Counted from the first letter of the stretch, positions 52,232 to 62,186 are shown. The stretch: 64,000 bases of DNA from Armatimonadota bacterium (GCA_037444405.1 JBBIML010000011.1:96653-160652), one strand, 5' to 3'. A program made the numbers and translations. Notes: generated from the sequence alone by a model not told the origin.

Positions 52232-53482
52232 ATGAGTGAGCGGTTGAGAATCGGCTTTGTGGGCAGCGGGTTTGTGGCGCGGTTCCACGCGCAGGCGTTT
52301 GCGCAGGTGCGCGACGCCGAGATTGTGGCGATAGCGAGCCGCAACATGCAGAGCGCAAGCGAGCTGGCAGTATTTTGCCGCGAGCTGGGCGTTGGTGACC
52401 CCCAGCTCTACACCGATGTGCGCGAAATGGTGCGCGACCCGAAAGTGGATGCCGTCTGGCTTCTGTCGCCCAACTACCTGCGCGTGGAACAGATCGAAGC
52501 GATTGCCAACGAGGTGCGTGGCGGGCGCGCCCAGCTCAAAGGGCTTGCCGTCGAGAAGCCGCTGGCACGCAATCTTGCCGAAGCCCGCAAGGTCGTGCAG
52601 GCAGTCGAATCGGCAGGCATCCCTCACGGCTATCTGGAGAACCAGCTGTTCGCGCCTGCGGTCGTGCGTGGTAAGGAGTTACTCTGGCGGCGCGGAGCGG
52701 CGATTGCGGGAGAGCCGTATCTGGCTCGCTGTGCCGAAGAGCATAGCGGTCCGCACCGCGCATGGTTCTGGCGGGGCGATTTGCAAGGCGGCGGCGTGCT
52801 GAACGATATGCTCTGCCACAGCGCCGCCGCGGGCTGGTTCCTGCTCACGCCGCCCGACCAGCCGCTGAGCGCGCTCAAGCCCCTCTCCGTCACCGCCCAG
52901 ATTGCCACGCTCAAATGGACGCGCCCCGAATATGCCCGCCGCCTGCGCGAAACCTATGCCCACGAGATGGAGGTGGACTACACGCGCTATCCCGCCGAAG
53001 ACTACGCCGCCGCCCGGATCGCCTTCGAAACACCATCGGGCAACCTCGCGCTGGTGGAAGCGACCACCTCATGGTGCTTCGTGGGTCCTGGCTTGCGCCT
53101 CACCTTTGAGGTGCTGGGACCCGAATATATGCTGGCTATCAACACGCTTGCGGGTGAAGGCACTATCTTTTTCAGCCGCCAAGTTCAGGGCGCGGCAGGC
53201 GAAGACCTGGTGGAGAAGCAGAACGCCGAGCAGGGTCTGATGCCCTATCTCGCCGATGAAGCGCACACTTACGGCTATATCGCAGAGGATGCTCACTTCG
53301 CGCGCTGTTTCCTGAAGGGCGAGCAACCACGCTGCACCCTGCACGACGGCGCCCGCATCACCGAACTGCTGATGGCAGCCTATCGGAGCGCAGAGGAGCG
53401 CCGCGCCGTCGACCTCCCCTGCCCCGATCTGGAAACCTTCATCCCTGCCGTCGCCCAGGGACGATGGACACGACGGATTTGA
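52232..53482 (+). CDS. Gfo/Idh/MocA oxidoreductase
   Basis: IGFVGSG, EKPLA, GGGVLNDMLCH. Confidence 0.9.
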   Translation: MSERLRIGFVGSGFVARFHAQAFAQVRDAEIVAIASRNMQSASELAVFCRELGVGDPQLYTDVREMVRDPKVDAVWLLSPNYLRVEQIEAIANEVRGGRAQLKGLAVEKPLARNLAEARKVVQAVESAGIPHGYLENQLFAPAVVRGKELLWRRGAAIAGEPYLARCAEEHSGPHRAWFWRGDLQGGGVLNDMLCHSAAAGWFLLTPPDQPLSALKPLSVTAQIATLKWTRPEYARRLRETYAHEMEVDYTRYPAEDYAAARIAFETPSGNLALVEATTSWCFVGPGLRLTFEVLGPEYMLAINTLAGEGTIFFSRQVQGAAGEDLVEKQNAEQGLMPYLADEAHTYGYIAEDAHFARCFLKGEQPRCTLHDGARITELLMAAYRSAEERRAVDLPCPDLETFIPAVAQGRWTRRI

Positions 53483-53495
53483 AAACGCCAGCGCG

Positions 53496-54569
53496 CTAAC
53501 GAATCAACTTTCCAGTAACTAACTTATAAATATCCAGCGAGAACACGGTCAGGAAGATAGCCAGCACGATTATCAGCCCGACTGCCTGCACGCGCGCCAT
53601 CGCCTCCGCGCTCAGCTGCCGCCGCCGAATCGCCTCCACCAGAAAGATGAGCAGATAGCCCCCGTCCAGTATCGGGATTGGCAGCAGATTAATCACGCCC
53701 AGCATGGTGCTGAGCGCGGCGGCGAAGTCGACCACCTCTGCGAAGCCCAGTTTGGCTGTCGCGTTGGTCGCGCTGGCGATGGAAATGATGCTCCCCACCT
53801 CGTGGATATTGCCCTGCCCGAAAATCAACCGTCGCAGGCTGTCCACGATGCCCACTGTTATCGTCACGGTCAGCAGTGCCCCGCGTTTCAGCACCGTGCC
53901 CACTGGTTCGCGCCTGCGCTCCGATTTCCAGACCACGCCGATGCGCCCAATCTTCTCTTTTCTCCCCTTCCCCGTCTCCACCGCTTCGAGTCGTGGCGTC
54001 ACGGTCAGGTTCAAAATCTGTCCATCGCGGCGGATGGTCAGACGCAGGGGTTTGTTCGCGCTCGCACGAATGATTTTCGCTGCCTGCTCGGTGGTCTCCA
54101 CCGATTGGTTGTCCACCGCGATCAGCACATCGCCGATGCGCAGACCCGCCTTTTGCGCGGGCGAATCGGGCTGAACGAAGTGGATGCGAGGTGTACTCTT
54201 ATCTGACGGTAGCCCTGCGATCAGCCCCACCGTCACAAACAGAATGAACCCCAGCAGGATGCTCGCCACGGGTCCCGCCAGCACCGTGAGGAACCGCATA
54301 TAGAGCGGTCGCGCCGCAAAGCTGTTCGGGTGCTGCGTCTCCTCTGGCAGCATGCCCGCAATCCGCACGAACCCGCCTAACGGCAGCCAGCGAATCGTGT
54401 ACAGGGTTCCGTCCCGATCCCGACCCAATCGCGCCAGAATCGGACCGATGCCTATCGCGAACTCCTCCACCATCATGCGGAAGCGCTTTGCCATCCACAT
54501 ATGCCCGAACTCATGCGCTGCCACCAGCAGCGTGAATATCGCGATCAAATAGATTGCCGTCAGTATCAT
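53496..54569 (-). CDS. rseP: RIP metalloprotease RseP
   Basis: HEFGH, PDZ, NLLPIPILDGG. Confidence 0.94.
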   Translation of the reverse strand: MILTAIYLIAIFTLLVAAHEFGHMWMAKRFRMMVEEFAIGIGPILARLGRDRDGTLYTIRWLPLGGFVRIAGMLPEETQHPNSFAARPLYMRFLTVLAGPVASILLGFILFVTVGLIAGLPSDKSTPRIHFVQPDSPAQKAGLRIGDVLIAVDNQSVETTEQAAKIIRASANKPLRLTIRRDGQILNLTVTPRLEAVETGKGRKEKIGRIGVVWKSERRREPVGTVLKRGALLTVTITVGIVDSLRRLIFGQGNIHEVGSIISIASATNATAKLGFAEVVDFAAALSTMLGVINLLPIPILDGGYLLIFLVEAIRRRQLSAEAMARVQAVGLIIVLAIFLTVFSLDIYKLVTGKLIR

Positions 54570-54570
54570 C

Positions 54571-55740
54571 TCAGCTGTTGACCTCCGTCAGTTTTGCCTG
54601 ATGTTGCACATAGTCGCGCGCCCACTGGTCGGCATGCAGCACCGCTTCCAGGCACGCCGCTTCGGGGCGATGGGCGGACATCGCCCGCTCCACCAGTTGC
54701 GCAATTGCTGTGAAGGGTATTCGCTCCTGCAGGAAGAGTTGCACGGCGACCTCGTTCGCGGCGTTCAGCACGGCGGGCATCGTGCCCCCTATCCGCGCCG
54801 CTTCGTACGCCAGCCGTAAACAGGGATAGCGCGCCTCATCAGGCAGCTCAAACTCCAGCGTTCTCACCTGCTCCAGTCGCAGGCGCGGCAAATCGGTGTC
54901 CACCCGCTCCGGGTACAGCAGGGCGTACTGGATTGGCAGGCGCATGTCGGGCAAGCTCATCTGCGCCAGCACCGAACCGTCTTTCAGCTCCACCAGCGCA
55001 TGCACGATGCTCTGCGGATGCACCAGCACCTCGATGCGCTCGATGGGCAAGCCGAACAGCCAGTGTGCCTCAATCACCTCCAGACCCTTGTTCATCATGG
55101 TGGCAGAATCGATGGTGACCTTGGGTCCCATGCGCCAGTTGGGGTGCTGGAGCGCTTCCTGCACAGTGATGCGCTCAAAGGTATCCAGCGGTCGCTGGCG
55201 GAACGGTCCGCCCGATGCGGTCAGCACCAGTCGCGCCACTGCCTCTGAACGCTGATGCTGCAGAATCTGGAACGCGCCTGAATGCTCGCTGTCGATGGGC
55301 AGAATGGGCACATTGCGGGCGCGGGCGGTGTTCATCACGCACTCCCCTGCCCCCACCAGCACCTCTTTGGTGGAGAGCGCGATGGTCTTCCCTGCCCCAA
55401 TCGCAGCCAGCGTCGGCTTGAGCGCGATCATGCCCGCGAGCGCAACCACCACCAGATCGATATTCGGCTGACGCACCATCTCGCATAACCCCTCCACCCC
55501 CATGTAGAGCCGCTTCCCTGCCCTGTTGAGCGATTCGGCGATCTCGCGCTCTGCGCCCTCCGGTGAACCGAGCAATCCGAGTTGTTCCACACCGAACTCG
55601 GATGCCTGCTCCATCAGCAGTTGCCAGTTGCTGTTCGCTGCCAGCGCCACGACCTGCAGTCGATCGGGAAGGCGACGCGCCACATCCAGCGTCTGCCGAC
55701 CGATGGAGCCTGTGGAACCCAGTATCGCCACCCGCTTCAT
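54571..55740 (-). CDS. dxr: 1-deoxy-D-xylulose-5-phosphate reductoisomerase
   Basis: LGSTGSIG, PIDSEH, HPNWRMG.K.TIDSATMMNKGLE. Confidence 0.97.
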   Translation of the reverse strand: MKRVAILGSTGSIGRQTLDVARRLPDRLQVVALAANSNWQLLMEQASEFGVEQLGLLGSPEGAEREIAESLNRAGKRLYMGVEGLCEMVRQPNIDLVVVALAGMIALKPTLAAIGAGKTIALSTKEVLVGAGECVMNTARARNVPILPIDSEHSGAFQILQHQRSEAVARLVLTASGGPFRQRPLDTFERITVQEALQHPNWRMGPKVTIDSATMMNKGLEVIEAHWLFGLPIERIEVLVHPQSIVHALVELKDGSVLAQMSLPDMRLPIQYALLYPERVDTDLPRLRLEQVRTLEFELPDEARYPCLRLAYEAARIGGTMPAVLNAANEVAVQLFLQERIPFTAIAQLVERAMSAHRPEAACLEAVLHADQWARDYVQHQAKLTEVNS

Positions 55741-55802
55741 GCAACCTGAAATATACCCCATGGGGCATGGTATCCTATAAATCAGTGTGAAGGGGGCTAA
55801 GA

Positions 55803-55820
55803 TTGTGAACTTTTTCACAA
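55803..55820. promoter_or_regulatory. Rex operator
   Basis: Perfect TTGTGAA-cttt-TTCACAA next to a TTGACA upstream of ctaB. Confidence 0.8.
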
Positions 55821-55865
55821 CCCCTTGACAGGAGGGGGTCTTTTGCGGGTACAATCGGGCTGACG

Positions 55866-56777
55866 ATGAAGACGGCTTTGAAAACGGTTGCCCTGCCCGC
55901 GCTCTGGGTGCCCGCCTTCGAGAAGCTCGGCGCGTACTGGCTGCTTAGCAAACCGCGCGTGACGCTGCTGGTGTGGCTCAGCACGGCGGCAGGGCTGATG
56001 CTGGGCGCGGTGGGACATCCCGTCGGCGCAGGACTGATCACGGCTACCCTGCTCGGCTCATGGCTGGTGGTCGCCTCCGCCAACGCCTTCAATCAGACCC
56101 TTGAGTGGACAACGGATGCGCAGATGGAGCGCACGGCGTCGCGCCCCATCCCCACAGGCAGAGTGGCGGTGTGGGAGGGCTGGCTGATTGCGATTGTGTG
56201 GGGCGTGGCGGGCGTGCTGGTGCTGATGCTTTTTACGAATCCCTGGGTGGCGCTGCTGGGCGCGCTGTCGATCACACTCTACGCCTTCGGCTATACACCG
56301 CTGAAGCGACGCACGCCGCTCTGCACGGTGGTGGGCGCGATACCGGGCGCGGTGCCACCTTTAGCGGGCTGGCTCGCTGCCACCGGTCAAATCACGCCCC
56401 CTGCCCTGCTCCTGTTCGCCCTGCAGTTCGTCTGGCAGTTCCCTCACCTGTGGGCAATCGCGTGGTTCAATCATGAGGACTACCAGCGAGTGGGCATTCG
56501 GCTGCTGCCAGCACGCTCGCCGAAGCGCGTCGCGTTGCTTACCCTGCTCGCGACGCTGGCGATGGTCGCTGTCAGCCTGCTCATCCTGCCATACCTGCGC
56601 AATCCCCTGCCCTATCTGTTCGTCGCGTTGCTGCTGGGCGCGGCGCACCTGCGATTCTCGCTGAACTTTTATCGTAATCCGAATCGGCAGACGGCGCGAG
56701 GCGTGCTGCTCGCCTCCGTGCTGTATCTGCCGCTGTTGCTGGTTGGACTGCTGTTGACCCATTCGTGGAGGGGTTGA
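55866..56777 (+). CDS. ctaB: Heme o synthase (protoheme IX farnesyltransferase)
   Basis: KPRV, DAQMERTASRP, YTPLKR, WQFPH. Confidence 0.94.
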   Translation: MKTALKTVALPALWVPAFEKLGAYWLLSKPRVTLLVWLSTAAGLMLGAVGHPVGAGLITATLLGSWLVVASANAFNQTLEWTTDAQMERTASRPIPTGRVAVWEGWLIAIVWGVAGVLVLMLFTNPWVALLGALSITLYAFGYTPLKRRTPLCTVVGAIPGAVPPLAGWLAATGQITPPALLLFALQFVWQFPHLWAIAWFNHEDYQRVGIRLLPARSPKRVALLTLLATLAMVAVSLLILPYLRNPLPYLFVALLLGAAHLRFSLNFYRNPNRQTARGVLLASVLYLPLLLVGLLLTHSWRG

Positions 56778-56782
56778 TCGCT

Positions 56783-57418
56783 ATGGCGAAGACCAGAGTG
56801 CGCAATCGATCGTCGCTGCGCGATCGAGGCGTCGGCGATGTGCGACCGCCTTATCGATTCGATGGAGGCGAAGGCAGCGAATCGGGCGGCGACCCCCAGA
56901 GCATGGTGCGACTGGGCATGAAGATGTTTCTGGTCGCCATCACGATGATGTTCGCTGCGCTCGCGGCTATCTATCTGGTGCGGCTGCCTGTACGCGCCGA
57001 TTTTCCGTTCGAGCTGCCGCGCGTGTGCTGGTTCAGCACGGCGGTGATTCTCATCAGCAGTTTGAGCATGCAGGCGGCACTGAAGGCGGCGCGGCGCCAG
57101 CAGCTGATGCATCTGCGCCGGTGGCTCGCGCTCACCTTCGCGCTCGGCTGGCTCTTTCTGATGCTCCAGCTGATTGGCTGGTTCAGCCTGCATCAGGGTG
57201 CGCAGGCGAACCTTTACAGCGGGCTGTTCTATCTGTTCACAGGTCTGCACGGGCTGCACCTGCTGGGCGGGCTGGTGTTCCTTGCCTGGTTGCTTTATCA
57301 GGCGATGCGCTCCCCTGCCCCGCCCGCCGACCTGTTGCCCATCGAGATGGGCGCGCTCTACTGGCACTTTCTGGATGCGCTCTGGGTCGCGCTCTTCACG
57401 CTGATGCATGTGAGGTGA
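56783..57418 (+). CDS. Heme-copper oxidase subunit III (short form)
   Basis: TGLHGLH, LYWHFLD.LW. Confidence 0.9.
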   Translation: MAKTRVRNRSSLRDRGVGDVRPPYRFDGGEGSESGGDPQSMVRLGMKMFLVAITMMFAALAAIYLVRLPVRADFPFELPRVCWFSTAVILISSLSMQAALKAARRQQLMHLRRWLALTFALGWLFLMLQLIGWFSLHQGAQANLYSGLFYLFTGLHGLHLLGGLVFLAWLLYQAMRSPAPPADLLPIEMGALYWHFLDALWVALFTLMHVR

Positions 57419-57424
57419 GCCGTT

Positions 57425-58054
57425 ATGCGCATGCGCTGGCTGATGAACTTGGCATGGGCGCTGCTCGCGCTCGCGCTGCTGGCGTTGCTGCTCGCGCTCT
57501 GGCGACGGCACGACGCGCTGGTCGCCCACAACGAGCCACTGCCCATACTGGGCGTGGTCAACACCGACTTCACGCTCACCACCCAGTGGGGCGATCCGCT
57601 CTCGTTGAGCGATCTCAAAGGCAAAGTGTGGGTCGCCTACTTCTTCTTCAGCAGCTGCCCCAGCATCTGCCCCGTCATGAACCGCAACATGACCACTGTG
57701 CAGGCAGCCATTCGGGATCAGCCAGACACCCTGATTGTGGGCTTCACCGTTGACCCCGACACCGATAAGCCTGCCGTGTTGCGTCGCTATGGCGAGAACT
57801 TCGGTGTGCAGAAGGGTAAATGGTACTATCTTACGGGCGATAAGAAGGTCATCTATCGCATCGCCCGCCAGAGCTTCAAACTGGCTGCCGAACCCGCTAA
57901 AGGCGTGCAACCTGGCAGCACCCACGACTTCATCCACAGCGAAAAGTTCGTGCTGGTGGACCGCCAGGGACGCATCCGCGGTTACTACACGGGCACCGAC
58001 AAAACCTCCGTCCAGCAACTGATTGCCGATATTGAGCGGCTGCTGCAGGAGTAA
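57425..58054 (+). CDS. SCO family copper chaperone
   Basis: CPSIC, TVDP..D, HSEKFVLVD. Confidence 0.93.
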   Translation: MRMRWLMNLAWALLALALLALLLALWRRHDALVAHNEPLPILGVVNTDFTLTTQWGDPLSLSDLKGKVWVAYFFFSSCPSICPVMNRNMTTVQAAIRDQPDTLIVGFTVDPDTDKPAVLRRYGENFGVQKGKWYYLTGDKKVIYRIARQSFKLAAEPAKGVQPGSTHDFIHSEKFVLVDRQGRIRGYYTGTDKTSVQQLIADIERLLQE

Positions 58055-58087
58055 AAAAACGAAAGCCCCATCCATCATGAATGGGGC
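58053..58087 (-). terminator. Intrinsic terminator of the pilin gene
   Basis: gccccat/atggggc stem followed on the minus strand by a U-tract. Confidence 0.65.
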
Positions 58088-58116
58088 ATCTAAGGGTGTG
58101 AAGGCGTTTCAGGCGA

Positions 58117-58470
58117 TTACAGGCTGTGATCGCCTCCAATGCTGCAGGTCGGGTTCGTACTCATGTTGCCAATCGTGTAGGTCCCACCTGACGGACAACT
58201 CGGCCATGTCTGGATAAATTGTGGAGACAGGTCGCTCTGGGTGGGTGTATCCGTTGGCCCGCGGTTGTTCGCCATTGCCCACTGCTCTTTGGCTGCCTGA
58301 ATCTGGCGCAGGTTCGAGCGGCAGGCGTTGGCGCGTGAACGCTCACGGGCGTTCATGAAGTTCGGCACGGCAATCGCCAGCAGGATGCCGATAATCAGCA
58401 CCACAATCATAATCTCGACGAGCGTGAAGCCTCGCTCGCGGCGTCGGTTCATCAGCTTGCGCATCATCAT
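58117..58470 (-). CDS. Type IV pilin (short, probable major pilin)
   Basis: RRERG/FTLVEIMIVVLIIGILLAIAVP; CPSGG..C disulfide region; own terminator. Confidence 0.9.
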   Translation of the reverse strand: MMMRKLMNRRRERGFTLVEIMIVVLIIGILLAIAVPNFMNARERSRANACRSNLRQIQAAKEQWAMANNRGPTDTPTQSDLSPQFIQTWPSCPSGGTYTIGNMSTNPTCSIGGDHSL

Positions 58471-58672
58471 ATCTCCCTCCATCCTCCTTATTCTCGGCTG
58501 GCAGGGGAGAAAACCTTGACGGTTCGGGCGGCGGTGGCTACGGTCTCTCCCCCACTGCTGGCTTTATTCCATAGCCCCCTGCCCCGATTCACCTGTTAAG
58601 AGTGCGGGTTTTTGCGTCTGCACCCGACCATGAGGTGTCCACCGATGGTGACTTCTGTCCCCTTCTAACGGC

Positions 58673-59272
58673 ATGAAAACGATTCGGCGGCGGCAGCGGG
58701 CACGCTTTTCACACCAGTGGGTGGCGCGGGAGATTGCGAACGCCTTTCAACTGCCGCTCTTGAGCGTGCCCGTGCAGATGGCGACGAACACTTTTCTGCA
58801 GCTGGCACGCTATCAGCAGGGGTCTCCGAAACGGGCGCGACAACTGCCGCCTTCTCTCTGGCTGGCGGTGCGCGAGGAAGCCTGCCAGTTCTGCCTACAG
58901 ACACTGGCGCAACTTATTGGGCTGGAGCAGGGACCCGACGCCGTGGATCCCGCTTTAGTACAACTTTATGACGATTTCCTGAACAAAGTGCGCGCCTATC
59001 TGGAGTCGCCTGCACCAGGGGTAAGCGAGACGGAGTCGGGCATGTCGTTTGCCGAGCGGTTGCGATATGAGCAGGCGCTGTGGCAATCAGCGCGGGCGGC
59101 GCTGGAGCTGTGTCAGAAGTGGCGGCAGGCGCTCTCACAGCACGAAGTGCCAGAAGACCGCGCCCGTGATGCGACGGGCAGTGATTTCGACGCCTGCCGA
59201 GAAGCCCAGCCGCAGGCGCACGCCCGCAAAGAGCGAACTGCCCCGCGGCGTCAGCACGCCCGTAACAAATAG
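58673..59272 (+). CDS. Hypothetical protein
   Basis: Fills the gap with host-like codon usage; 3' end overlaps the convergent gene. Confidence 0.55.
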   Translation: MKTIRRRQRARFSHQWVAREIANAFQLPLLSVPVQMATNTFLQLARYQQGSPKRARQLPPSLWLAVREEACQFCLQTLAQLIGLEQGPDAVDPALVQLYDDFLNKVRAYLESPAPGVSETESGMSFAERLRYEQALWQSARAALELCQKWRQALSQHEVPEDRARDATGSDFDACREAQPQAHARKERTAPRRQHARNK

Positions 59273-60328
59273 AGTGCCCCGTTTATCAGAGCGCCAGAGA
59301 TCAACCCCCAGCGCGAGCCGAAAGTCGCGGTCGGGACTGTAGAGCGCACCGATTCGCACCGTTGGCACCAGCGGGCTGGATTCGGCAGGTGGCGCTTTGC
59401 CAGCGAAGCGCGCCGTCAGATAGCGGCGCACCATCCGAAACAGCGGGCGCTGCACCAGCGCGCCCCCAAAGTGCCCCGTGTTCAGCCAGAACACGCGCGG
59501 GTTGCCCAGCGCACGAACCAGCTTCTCTGTGTCTTCCGTCGGCACCACAATATCGAACCGTGCCCCGATCACGAAGGTCTTCTCCCCCAGCACAGGGTTC
59601 AGCCGATGAAGCGGCTCCACATCCGCCAGCGCCTCGCGTAGCCGTTGCAGGGTGTAGCCCTGCGCGCGCAGCTGCGCGCGCGTGCGCACCGTCAGCACCG
59701 AATGCCACAGAATGTGCGCCAGGTCAACGCCGCCCAGAATCAGCACCGCGCTGTGCAGGCGTGGCTCCACACTCAGCACGGTCGCACCCATAATCGCGCC
59801 CAGACTGATGCCCACCAGCCCGATGCGCGTGGCGTCCACTTCAGGCTGGCGTGAGAGCCAGTCGATAGCACGACGCGCGTCCCATACCGCCTGAATCAGC
59901 GACTGACGCAGGAGATTAACATCGCCGCTAAGCAGCAGGTCGCCACTGTCGAAGCCCGGAGGCGTGCGCCCCATGTGATAGGGCAGTGTGAGCAGCAGCA
60001 CCGCGATTTGATACCGAGCCAGCTCGCGTGCCAGCGATAGCTCCAGATCGGGTTGATGGATGCCAAGGCTGTGCAGCAGGATAACGGCAGGTAGCCGCTC
60101 CTGACCCACCGATTCGGGCACAAGCCACCAGCCGTACACTGTGTTGTTGGCGGGATACGGGCTACTGAACGCGCTGGGAAACTCCACTCGATACTCCCGA
60201 TAGCCCTCCCGCTGCACGACGGCGGTGAATCGGGAGGGAAACACGGGATCAATCGGGTCTTCAAGCGTTTGTGGGTGGGCGACGCTCAGCCCCAGCAGGC
60301 TGATAAAGGCAAACCGGCGAAGGCTCAT
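59135..60328 (-). CDS. Secreted alpha/beta hydrolase with beta-strand-rich C-terminal domain
   Basis: Signal peptide; GISLG nucleophile, FDIVVP, TGH. Confidence 0.82.
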   Translation of the reverse strand: MSLRRFAFISLLGLSVAHPQTLEDPIDPVFPSRFTAVVQREGYREYRVEFPSAFSSPYPANNTVYGWWLVPESVGQERLPAVILLHSLGIHQPDLELSLARELARYQIAVLLLTLPYHMGRTPPGFDSGDLLLSGDVNLLRQSLIQAVWDARRAIDWLSRQPEVDATRIGLVGISLGAIMGATVLSVEPRLHSAVLILGGVDLAHILWHSVLTVRTRAQLRAQGYTLQRLREALADVEPLHRLNPVLGEKTFVIGARFDIVVPTEDTEKLVRALGNPRVFWLNTGHFGGALVQRPLFRMVRRYLTARFAGKAPPAESSPLVPTVRIGALYSPDRDFRLALGVDLWRSDKRGTLFVTGVLTPRGSSLFAGVRLRLGFSAGVEITARRITGAVFWHFVL

Positions 60329-60513
60329 GACCGCACCTCCTGGCGAGCCAGCGCGTTCAGGACGAGCCAGACAATACTGATGGTCAATAGCACGGCATAA
60401 AGTGCCGCGCCAGCCCGTGCCAGCGGGTCATCGACGCCAAGATTAAGCAGATTGCCGCTCACAAAGCCCAGCAGGGCTATTAGTAGCCAGCCGAATGCTA
60501 TAGCGCTCCGCAT
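60325..60513 (-). CDS. Small two-TM membrane protein
   Basis: Hydrophobic 62-aa ORF overlapping both neighbours. Confidence 0.55.
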   Translation of the reverse strand: MRSAIAFGWLLIALLGFVSGNLLNLGVDDPLARAGAALYAVLLTISIVWLVLNALARQEVRS

Positions 60514-62117
60514 CGTCGAAGTGCCTCCCGCATCGCTTCGATGGGTACCTCATTCACCAGTTGTGCCTGCCCGATTGTCGTCAGCAGCACGCACGAGAGC
60601 CGATTGCCGATCTGCTTCTTATCATGTTGCATCGCTGCAAGCAGTTGCTCGGCTGGCAGGGGTGGCAACCGTGTGGGCAGTCCCGCGGCTTTCAGCGTTG
60701 CATCCAGCTCCTCCACCGCTTCGGCAGGCGTGATGCCCAGCCGGGCGCCCAGCTCGGCTTCCGCGCGCATCCCTGCCGCCACCGCCTCGCCATGCAACCA
60801 TTGTCGGTAGTTCAGCAGCGCTTCTATCGCGTGCCCGACGGTGTGCCCGAAGTTGAGCAGGGCGCGCAGTCCCCGCTCATCGCGTTCGTCCTGCGCCACA
60901 ACACGCGCCTTGATTGCCGCGCAGCGGGCGATCGGCAGCAGCCAATCGCCTGGCGCCCGGCGCAAGTGCCGGGGCGATTGCTGCGTGAGAAGCGTCTGCA
61001 GGCGCAGCCAGAGCGCACGCTCCAGCACAGCCCCGTACTTGAGCATTTCCGCCAGCCCGTTGCGCCAGTGGCGGGCGGGCAGACTCCGCAGCAGTTCAGG
61101 ATCGATCAGCACCAGCAGTGGCTGATGGAACGCACCCACCAGATTCTTGCCCTCTGGCAGATCGACGGCGACCTTGCCGCCGATGCTGGCGTCCACCTGC
61201 GCCAGCAGAGTTGTCGGCACCTGCACGAACGGAATGCCGCGCATATAGGTTGCCGCGACGAATCCGCCCAGATCGCCCAGCATGCCGCCGCCCAGCACGA
61301 TCAGCACACTGCGTCGATCCAGCTGCGCAGTCAGCAGCGCCCGATAGAGGCGGGTGGCGGTACGCAGGGTCTTGAACCGCTCCCCTGCTGGCACGAGAAG
61401 CATCTGCGCGGGCACGCCCTGTGCCCGAAGCGCATGCGCCAGCGCTTCTCCTTCCGTTCGCAGCACGCGATGGGTCAGCACAGCGACCCGACTTGGCGAA
61501 CTGCGTTCCAGCAGATGCGTCGCCAAGTGGTGGCGGGCACCAGGCGCCAGCCGAATCTCGCTCTGCTGACCCGATTCGGGAGCAATAGAGATGGACAAAG
61601 GCGATTCGGGCATGGGTGCGACCAGCCGGTGGAGCTGTTCGGCAACCTCATCGGGTGTGTGGTCATCCGTTGGAACAACCCAGTCCGCTTCCTGGTAGAG
61701 CGGTTCGCGCTGCTCGGCGATGCGCTGAAGCGCTTGCAGGGGTGTGGGTGCGCTTTGCAACAGGGGGCGGGTGCGGGGGTCGCGAATGCGCTGAACCAGC
61801 GTTTCGGGGCGAGCCTGCAGGTAGAAAATCCAGCCGTGCTGGCGCATCAGTGCGCGATTGCTGGCGTCCAGCACGATACCGCCCCCTGTCGCCACGATAC
61901 CCGGCGGCTGTTGCACAACCCGACGCAGCTGCTCGCGTTCCAGCTGGCGGAAGCCTGCCTCGCCCCGTTCAGCAAAGATGCGGGCGATGCTTGTGCCTAC
62001 TGCCGTTTCAATCAGTGTATCCAGGTCGTAGAAGGGGCAACCTAATCGTCGGGCGAGCCTGCTCCCCACCGCGCTTTTGCCCGCGCCCATATTGCCCGTA
62101 AGGAAGACAAACCGCAT
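60498..62117 (-). CDS. aroKB: Shikimate kinase / 3-dehydroquinate synthase fusion
   Basis: GNMGAGKS, ATGGG; GGGMLGDL, PTTLLAQVDASIGGK, NFGHT.GH. Confidence 0.95.
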   Translation of the reverse strand: MRFVFLTGNMGAGKSAVGSRLARRLGCPFYDLDTLIETAVGTSIARIFAERGEAGFRQLEREQLRRVVQQPPGIVATGGGIVLDASNRALMRQHGWIFYLQARPETLVQRIRDPRTRPLLQSAPTPLQALQRIAEQREPLYQEADWVVPTDDHTPDEVAEQLHRLVAPMPESPLSISIAPESGQQSEIRLAPGARHHLATHLLERSSPSRVAVLTHRVLRTEGEALAHALRAQGVPAQMLLVPAGERFKTLRTATRLYRALLTAQLDRRSVLIVLGGGMLGDLGGFVAATYMRGIPFVQVPTTLLAQVDASIGGKVAVDLPEGKNLVGAFHQPLLVLIDPELLRSLPARHWRNGLAEMLKYGAVLERALWLRLQTLLTQQSPRHLRRAPGDWLLPIARCAAIKARVVAQDERDERGLRALLNFGHTVGHAIEALLNYRQWLHGEAVAAGMRAEAELGARLGITPAEAVEELDATLKAAGLPTRLPPLPAEQLLAAMQHDKKQIGNRLSCVLLTTIGQAQLVNEVPIEAMREALRRCGAL

Positions 62118-62123
62118 CCCTGT

Positions 62124-62159
62124 AAAAGTTCAGCAGGGGTCGGTAAACCCCTGCTGAAC
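62124..62159 (-). terminator. Intrinsic terminator after the secretin gene
   Basis: 13-bp stem gttcagcaggggt/acccctgctgaac then TTTT on the minus strand. Confidence 0.7.
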
Positions 62160-62186
62160 CTGTGGAAGAGGGTGCTTGCCCCGATT

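Noticed and set aside
58600..58650. GACGCAAA upstream of the pilin, suggesting a c-di-GMP-I riboswitch
   Set aside because: The GNRA-capped P2 stem and receptor helix were not found.
60498..62117. aroK-aroB fusion as a novelty
   Set aside because: Known fusion in several bacterial lineages.
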